A DNA stretch of 64,000 nucleotides from an uncultured Candidatus Rokubacteria bacterium (GTDB taxonomy: Bacteria > Methylomirabilota > Methylomirabilia > Rokubacteriales > CSP1-6), in the NCBI GenBank assembly GCA_963747235.1, contig CAVVEU010000015.1:32001-96000 (forward strand). Direction: 5' to 3'. Shown here piece by piece: positions 57,470 to 64,000 of the stretch (positions are counted from its first letter, which is position 1; each line of letters begins with the position of its first letter). A program made the position numbers and the translations under genes. The notes below the pieces were generated by a model, which was given only the letters and a program-made list of their open reading frames with translations, ran no database searches and was not told the DNA's origin.

Positions 57470-58513
57470 TCAGTCCTGGCCGAGCGACTTCAGGAAGTCG
57501 GCGTTGGTCGCGGTCAGCTTGAGGCGGCCCAGGAGCGCTTCCATCGCCTCCTGCGGCTTGGTGCCGGACAGGGCGCGCCGCAGCATGTGGATCTTCTTCA
57601 TGTCTTCCTCGGAGAACAGCAGCTCCTCGCGCCGCGTCCCCGACCGCATCAGATCGAACGAGGGGAAGATCCGCCGGTCGGCCAGCTCGCGCGAGAGGTA
57701 GAGCTCCATGTTGCCGGTGCCCTTGAACTCCTCGAAGATGATCTGGTCCATGCGCGACCCGGTGTCCACCAGCACCGTGCCGATGATGGTGAGCGAGCCG
57801 CCCTCCTCGATCTTGCGGGCCGCCCCGAAGAACGCGCGCGGCATCTGGAAGGCGCGGCTGTCGATGCCGCCCGACATGGTGCGCCCGCGCGAGGAGAGCT
57901 CGTTGTTGTAGGCGCGCGTCATGCGGGTGAGCGAGTCGAAGAGGATCAGCACGTCCCGCTTCTCCTCGACTATTCGCTTCGCCTTGTCGATGACTTGCTC
58001 GGTGATTTCTATATGTCGCCGGTAGGGATTGTCGTTGCTGGAGGCGAAGATCTCGGCCTGCTTGCCGATCTGCATCTTGAAGTCGGTGACTTCCTCGGGC
58101 CGCTCGTCCACCAGGAGCACCATCACCACCACCTCGGGATGGTTGGCGAGCACCGACTTGGCGATCTTCTGGAGCAGCATGGTCTTCCCGGTCCGGGGCG
58201 GGGCCACGATCAGGCCGCGCTGCCCTCGACCGATCGGCGCGATCATGTCCAGCGCGCGCATGGAGAGCTCGTCCCGGGTGAGCTCGAGCTTGAACTTCTC
58301 GTACGAGTGGACCGCGGTGAGGCCTTCGAAGATCGACGGGGTGTGAGCCCGGGGGGAGCGGGGCGGGCCGGCATCGGACCACGCGGCCCCTGGCCTTGTC
58401 CGCCGCCCTGGTCCTGGTCCGCCGCCCTGGCCTGGTCCCGATCCTTGTCCTTGCCCCTGCCCCTGCGGCGGTCGGTTCCCGGAGTGGCGGCGGTGGCGGG
58501 ATCGCCTACTCAA
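57470..58513 (-). CDS. rho: Transcription termination factor Rho, short form lacking the OB-fold RNA-binding domain
   Basis: PIGRGQRGLIVAPPRTGKT, LVDERPEEVTD, DSLTR, SGG, FFGAAR, TGSRMD, EEFKGTGNME, SGTRREELL. Confidence 0.92.
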   Translation of the reverse strand: MSRRSRHRRHSGNRPPQGQGQGQGSGPGQGGGPGPGRRTRPGAAWSDAGPPRSPRAHTPSIFEGLTAVHSYEKFKLELTRDELSMRALDMIAPIGRGQRGLIVAPPRTGKTMLLQKIAKSVLANHPEVVVMVLLVDERPEEVTDFKMQIGKQAEIFASSNDNPYRRHIEITEQVIDKAKRIVEEKRDVLILFDSLTRMTRAYNNELSSRGRTMSGGIDSRAFQMPRAFFGAARKIEEGGSLTIIGTVLVDTGSRMDQIIFEEFKGTGNMELYLSRELADRRIFPSFDLMRSGTRREELLFSEEDMKKIHMLRRALSGTKPQEAMEALLGRLKLTATNADFLKSLGQD

Positions 58514-58827
58514 GTGGGATGCTCATTGGCGCAAACCCTTTCCCTCACCAACATTAGAGGTGAACCGTCACGCCGGTCAATCGGCGCCGCGGTGCGGGGG
58601 CACGCGCGGGGGGCCCCGGTCCGGCGGGCCCATGACTGGCCCCAAGTGTACCGGAACGCGTTCGCCGCCACCAGAGAATCGCGGCCCAGGCCGCCCCGGG
58701 GTGTTCTTACCGGGTCGTTCGTTCCGGCGACCCCGTCAGCCGGCCCCGCCGTCCGGTCCCACCTGCCGCCGAGAGCAGGGATTGCGTCGCGAGGTCGCGC
58801 GGCACATGGATTGCTCCTTCCCGCGAC

Positions 58828-59757
58828 ATGCCTTCGCGATGGCAATCGGTCTGTATCGTCGTGACACCCGGGTCCGGAGAGGGACGGGCGCGCGGGATCG
58901 CGCGGCGGCTCGCCCGGCTTCTCCGGCGCCGGGGCTCCGCGGTCACGATCCAGGCGTTCGACGACCTGCCCTCGCTCACGGAGTGGGCGGGCGCCTGTGG
59001 GCCGGAGTTCGAGGTGGTCTGCTGCGTCGGCGGCGACGCCACCCAGAGCGCCGCCGCGCTGCTGGCCCGGCGCCACCGGATCCCGTTCGTGCCGATCCCG
59101 ACCGGCTTCGGCAATCTCTTCGCCGGCGTCTTCGGCCATCCGTCCTCTCCCCGCGAGGCGGCGCGGCTCCTGGACGAGGGCGAGGTCCGGCTGGTGGACG
59201 TCGGCGTGGCGGGCGACGAGCTCTTTCTCTCCCACAAGAGCTATGGCTTCCTCGACCAGGTCCAGGAGGCGGTGGAGGAAGGGCGCCGCCAGCCGCGCGA
59301 TCGCGTCCGGCGGCTACTCGCCTACTACCGCACCGCGGTGCGGGCGGTCTGGCAGACGCCGCTGGCCCCGATCGGCGTCGAGGTGGACGGGGCGCTGGCC
59401 GCGGACCAGGCGGTGCTGGTCACGGTGGCCAACGTGGAGACCTACCGCGATTTCCTGAGCCTCACCCCCGCCGCCTCCCCCATCGATGGGCGCCTCGACG
59501 TGTTCGTGATCCCGCGGACGTCGAAGTGGGGCCTCGCGTGGCGGCTGCTCCGGCTCAAGCTGCGCCTGCCCGGCCGCTGGACGGGCGTGTCGGTCTACCG
59601 CGGGCGCGAGGTCGTCGTCGTGAGCTCGGCCGGGCGCGAGACGCTGCGGGTGGTGCGACGGGTGCTGCCCCTGGTGCTGCCCCCGGGCGCGATCGAGCAG
59701 CTCAAGCGGCGTCAGCGCGAAGGCGAGGAGGAGGTGCCGCTCGAGACGGTGGCCTGA
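58828..59757 (+). CDS. Diacylglycerol kinase family protein
   Basis: TPGSG, CVGGDAT, IPTGFGNLFA, DGRLDV. Confidence 0.8.
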   Translation: MPSRWQSVCIVVTPGSGEGRARGIARRLARLLRRRGSAVTIQAFDDLPSLTEWAGACGPEFEVVCCVGGDATQSAAALLARRHRIPFVPIPTGFGNLFAGVFGHPSSPREAARLLDEGEVRLVDVGVAGDELFLSHKSYGFLDQVQEAVEEGRRQPRDRVRRLLAYYRTAVRAVWQTPLAPIGVEVDGALAADQAVLVTVANVETYRDFLSLTPAASPIDGRLDVFVIPRTSKWGLAWRLLRLKLRLPGRWTGVSVYRGREVVVVSSAGRETLRVVRRVLPLVLPPGAIEQLKRRQREGEEEVPLETVA

Positions 59758-60717
59758 AGCCCGGCGCGCTTCGCCCGCCAGCCCATGGCCGCGAGCACGA
59801 GCATGCCGATCGCGATCCACACGACCTGACGCGCCCGGCGCACGAAGCTGAACGCGAGGCCGGCGCCCGCGCCCAGGCCCATGGCCTCGAACGCGGCCGC
59901 GTTGGCGCTCTCGAAGGCCCCCAGGCTCGCGGGCACCAGGAACGTGGCGAAGCGCACGCCCGCGCCGAGGGCCTCGATCACGGTGGCGGTCACGAGGTCG
60001 GCGGGGATACCCAGGAACACGAGGATCACGTAGGCCTCGACGGCGCCGAGCAGCCAGCCGGCCAGGTGGAAGATGGTGGACCACGCGAGCCGGCGCCAGT
60101 CGCGCCGGTAGTAGTCGCGCAGCGCGACGTCGAGCCGCTTCGCGTAGTCCCCGGGCGTCACCACCCCGAACCACTCGAGCAGCCGTCCCGCGCGCCCGAC
60201 GATGCCCGCCACCTGCACGCCGACGAAGCCGGCCACCGCCGCCACCTCGACCACGAGCAGCCAGAGCATGGCCGCGATCACGCGCGAGTCGGTGGCGAGC
60301 ATGGTCCAGGCCAGCGCGATCCCGATCAGGAGAAAGAGCGCCTGCGCGATGGTGATGCGTGGTCTTGGCGATCACGACCGACGGCACGCTCTCCTCGTAG
60401 GTGACGTCCCGGCGGATGAGCCACGCCTTCACCGCCTCGCCGCCCATCGAGCCGAGCGCGGTCACGAGGTTGAGAGCCTCGCCGGCCAGGCGCGCGCCGT
60501 AGAGGCGGTGAAAGGGCGCCGGGTCGCGCGGGAACGCGAAGCGCCAGCCCACGGTGTCCACCGCCATGATCACCGCGTAGGGCAGGCAGACCAGCGCGAG
60601 CTGCCACCACGTGAGCCGGGCCAGCGCCTCGAGAATGGGCGCCGGGCCGATGCGGTACACCGACACCGCGATCGCCACGATCCCGAGGACGAGCAGGACG
60701 GCCTTCACCCGACGCAT
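59712..60717 (-). CDS. Lysylphosphatidylglycerol synthase TM / flippase-like membrane protein; frameshift near 60360
   Basis: GWRF, RLAGEALN, GGEAVKA, VPASLGAFE, multiple TMs. Confidence 0.8.
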
Positions 60718-60791
60718 GCCGTTAGAATGCTACAACTTCCATGCCACGCCGCACCCTCAGGGGCTGACCACCGCTGGTGTCGTGTGGCATC

Positions 60792-61466
60792 ATGAGAGAC
60801 GTGAAACGGGTACTGCGATACCGGCTCACGGCGGGAGCGTGCGGGCTCCTGGCCGCCTATCTGGTCCTGGCGCTCGCCGCGGCGCAGCAACAGTTCCTGC
60901 CGCTCGACCGGAGCGTCCGGGCTTGGGTGCAGCCCCTGCGGAGCGGCTGGCTCGACGTGTCGATGGAGGCGGTCTCGTTCCTGGGCGAGCCCGCCGGGCT
61001 CATCCCGCTGATCCTGATCGTCTCGGCCATTCTGTGGCGCGCGAGCCGACGCTGGGCGCTGCTCCTGCCCGCGCTCATGGCCGGCACCGGCGTGCTCCAG
61101 CTCGCAGGCAAGTGGGCCGCCGATCGGCCGCGTCCGAACGCCGCGCCGTGGGGCTTCCCGAGCGGCCACGTGCTGAGCCTGGCCGTCTTCTTCGGCATCC
61201 TGGCGTTCCTGCTCGTCACGCTGTCCGGGCGACACCGGCGCTGGCGTGTCTCGGCCTGCCTCGCGTGCGGGGCCGCGGTCGGGCTGGTCGCGGCGAGCCG
61301 CATCTACCTGGACATGCACTGGCTCTCCGACGTGATCGGGGGCTTCGCCCTGGGCACCGCCTACCTGTTGATCGCGATCGGCGCGGCGCAGGCCCTCGCC
61401 CGCCGCGCCGCGACCCACCCGACCGTCACGGTGGCCGAGCCGATCGAGGCCGATCCCCCCGCGTGA
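60792..61466 (+). CDS. PAP2-family phosphatase
   Basis: K..ADRPRP, FPSGH, SRIYLDMHWLSDV. Confidence 0.88.
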   Translation: MRDVKRVLRYRLTAGACGLLAAYLVLALAAAQQQFLPLDRSVRAWVQPLRSGWLDVSMEAVSFLGEPAGLIPLILIVSAILWRASRRWALLLPALMAGTGVLQLAGKWAADRPRPNAAPWGFPSGHVLSLAVFFGILAFLLVTLSGRHRRWRVSACLACGAAVGLVAASRIYLDMHWLSDVIGGFALGTAYLLIAIGAAQALARRAATHPTVTVAEPIEADPPA

Positions 61467-62611
61467 CGACGCCGCGCGCCGACGTGGTGGGCAGCCTCCT
61501 TCGCCCGGCCTATCTCCGGGAGGCGCGGCAGGGCGCGCGCGAGGGGCGCGTCACCGCCGAGGCGCTGCGCGCCGCCGAGGACCGCGCGGTCCGGGAGGCC
61601 ATCGCGCTCCAGGAGGCGGCGGGCCTCGACGTGATCACCGACGGCGAGCTGCGACGCTCCTCCTGGGTCATCACGATCCCGCTCCGTGAGGAGGGCGCGG
61701 CCCGGGCCCCGCTCGCCGGCTTCGAGTTCCTGCCCGCCGAGCCGGGCTGGTGGTCGCTCTGGAAGGAGCCGGACGGCCGCCGCGCCCAGGTGTGGACCAA
61801 TCCGACGCGGCCCTTCGTCACCCGGCCGATCGAGGTCGTGCGCGACGTGGTCTCCGACGAGTACGCCTTCCTCAAGACCCACGCGCGCGCCCGCACCAAG
61901 TTCACGATCCCCTCCCCGAGCTGGCACCGCATCTTCTGGCATCGCGAGTACTCGCGGGCCGCCTACCCGACCCCGGAGGACTTCCTGCGCGCGATCGCCC
62001 GGTACCTGCGCGAGCAGGTGGTGCCGCGCATCGTCGCGCTGGGCGGCGACTACATCCAGATGGACGCGCCCAACTACGCCCAGTGGCACGTGGACCGGGA
62101 CAATCGCGCCGCCTTCGAGTCGTGGGGCCACGACATGGCGGCCGAGCTCGTCGCCGACGCCGAGATCGACGACAGCGTCTTCGAGGGCGTCCGCGGCGTG
62201 ACCCGCGCGATCCACATCTGCCGCGGCAACGCGCCGGGTGGGCGCTGGCTCGCCAACGGCGGCTACGAGTCCATCGCGGCCGAGGTCTTCCCGCGGCTCA
62301 CCCGCTACGACCGGCTGCTGCTCGAGTACGACACGCCGCGCGCGGGCGACTTCGGCCCGCTCCGGCACGCGCGCCCGGAGGCGACGGTGGTGCTCGGGCT
62401 GCTGACCACCAAGCAAGGCGCCCTCGAGGACGCGGGCGCGGTGGAGACGCGCCTCCGCGAGGCGGCGCGCCACGTACCGCTGGAGCGCCTGGCGGTGAGC
62501 CCGCAGTGCGGCTTCGCCTCCGGCGAGGCGGGCAACCCGCTCACGCCGGAGCAGCAGGAGGCGAAGCTCCGCCGCGTCGTGACCGTCGCGCGGCGGGTCT
62601 GGCCGGGCTAG
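61463..62611 (+). CDS. Cobalamin-independent methionine synthase II (single-barrel MetE-like)
   Basis: ADVVGSLLRP, ITDGELRR, HICRGN, LLEYD, LGLLTTK, SPQCGFAS. Confidence 0.85.
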   Translation: MTTPRADVVGSLLRPAYLREARQGAREGRVTAEALRAAEDRAVREAIALQEAAGLDVITDGELRRSSWVITIPLREEGAARAPLAGFEFLPAEPGWWSLWKEPDGRRAQVWTNPTRPFVTRPIEVVRDVVSDEYAFLKTHARARTKFTIPSPSWHRIFWHREYSRAAYPTPEDFLRAIARYLREQVVPRIVALGGDYIQMDAPNYAQWHVDRDNRAAFESWGHDMAAELVADAEIDDSVFEGVRGVTRAIHICRGNAPGGRWLANGGYESIAAEVFPRLTRYDRLLLEYDTPRAGDFGPLRHARPEATVVLGLLTTKQGALEDAGAVETRLREAARHVPLERLAVSPQCGFASGEAGNPLTPEQQEAKLRRVVTVARRVWPG

Positions 62612-64000
62612 CTCCGGTCGCCCGCCTCTAGTCGGCGGGCACCGCCGCCGCGCGGCGCGTGGCGCACCGGGGCCGCCTTCGGCGCCGTCGAGTACTTCGC
62701 GCACCCGTAGAGCCAGCCCGCCACCAGCAGGTAGGCGAGCGCCACCATCGGGGTGCGGCCGATGCCGATCGCCTCGCCGTGCATGAAGCCGAAGAACGTG
62801 AGCACCGCGCCCACCGCCGCGAAGGCGGCCGCCTTCGAGAACTCGCGCTCCACGATGAACGCGCCGATCGCGCCCAGCACGAGGCCGCCCAGGATGGCGC
62901 CGCCGCCCAGGATCGCGAGGCCCTCGTAGAGCACGCCGACCTGGCCGAGCTTGTCGAGGCCGACCTGGGCCGCGCTGGTGCCCGCCGCGCCCAGCGAGTT
63001 GTCGATCAGGAGCTTGCCCCACGCGGCCAGGTTCGGCGTGAGCGCGAGCACGATCGCGGGGGCGTGCGACTTCGGGCGTCTCCTGGAAGGCCTGCGCCCC
63101 GATCAGCATGCCGATGTAGAGCAGGATCGGCGAGATCGCGATGACCGGGATCAGCGCCGACATCACCGAGATGATGCCGAACCACGACAGCACGATGACC
63201 ACGATGCCGGTGGCCGCCGAGTAGCCGATGCGCCCGCCCATCGCCTTCCAGCCCGGGTGGCCGATGTAGACCGCGTTGATGAACGGGTTGCCCATCAGGC
63301 AGCCGATCAGGCTCACCACGCCGTCGGCGGTCAGCACGCGCGTGGTCGGGAAGCTGTCGCCCGCCACCGCCGCGCTCTCCACGTTGTCGAGCGCCTCCAC
63401 CAGGTCGTAGATGCCGAAGGGGATCGCGGTGACCAGGATCACCCCCAGGTACTCGAACCCGCCGAACACGTGGCCCACCGCGGGCAGCGGCACCGAGAAG
63501 CCGAAGTTGGAGACCGACGCGGAGAGCTTCTCCACGCTCATGCCGCCCCAGCCCCCGCCGAAGGCGGTGGAGAGCCACGCCACCCCGGTGCCCACCGCGA
63601 TCGCGACCAGGCCCGCGGGCACCCCGTTCCAGTAGCGCACGCCGCCGAACCAGGAGGCCAGGATCACCGCGAAGCACAGGATCCCGATCACCGGCGTCAT
63701 GAACATCTCCATCGCCGGGCGCATCGAGATGAACGCGAGCGAGACGCCCGCGAGGGTGCCGAGCAGCGCGGCGCGCGGGGTGATGCGCCGGATGACCGGG
63801 CCGATGAAGCCGCCCGCCATCAGCACGAAGCTCTGCACGAACACCCAGGTGAGCCCGGCCTCCCAGCCCTTGATCGGGTCGCCGGTCTTGAGCGCGATCG
63901 GCAGCATGATCACGAAGGTGACCACGAACATGTGCGGCACGCTGATGCCGGAGGGCAGCGCGCACACGTCGTCGCGCCCGGTCTGCTTCGCGAGGCGGTA
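62608..64000 (-). CDS. NCS2/xanthine-uracil-type permease; truncated by window end; frameshift near 63075
   Basis: ALPSGISVPH, TPRAALLGTLAG, ESAAVAGD, YIGHPGWKAMGGRIGYS, many TMs. Confidence 0.8.

Noticed and set aside
58405-58470. Short tandem repeats as CRISPR or VNTR
   Set aside because: They encode the Gly/Gln/Pro tail of Rho; no spacers or cas genes
58514-58827. Possible ncRNA or riboswitch upstream of rho (also 26995-27316 and 6934-7256)
   Set aside because: No tRNA, SRP, tmRNA or cobalamin-riboswitch motifs recognisable by eye; would need an Infernal/Rfam scan

Overview
A very GC-rich bacterial chromosomal window of about 60 tightly packed genes. Gene content (PF04392-type substrate-binding paralogues, many oxidoreductases, intergenic palindromes) resembles Candidatus Rokubacteria/Methylomirabilota; that taxonomy is my inference. 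More than 20 single-base frameshifts interrupt otherwise intact genes, which points to uncorrected long-read indel errors rather than real pseudogenes. I found no rRNA, tRNA, CRISPR array, transposase or phage genes. Highlights: (1) a class II (B12) ribonucleotide reductase NrdJ with two LAGLIDADG-type inteins, each inserted directly before a catalytic cysteine, downstream of tandem NrdR boxes; (2) a Co-type nitrile hydratase locus whose P14K-like activator is fused to a Cys-rich thioredoxin-like 2Fe-2S ferredoxin domain, preceded by co-oriented halogenase-like, amidohydrolase, transglutaminase-like and HutX/ChuX-like genes; (3) a Rho lacking the normal RNA-binding domain, with an Arg/Gly/Gln-rich N-terminal tail instead; (4) a trypsin-protease-TM-rhodanese fusion; (5) a Tat-exported ARPP-1/DUF6569 protein next to AhpD-like and Nudix genes; (6) widespread apparent leaderless promoters, including a 24-bp bidirectional one; (7) three families of palindromic REP/MITE-like elements. 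All family assignments come from motif recognition by eye, not database searches.
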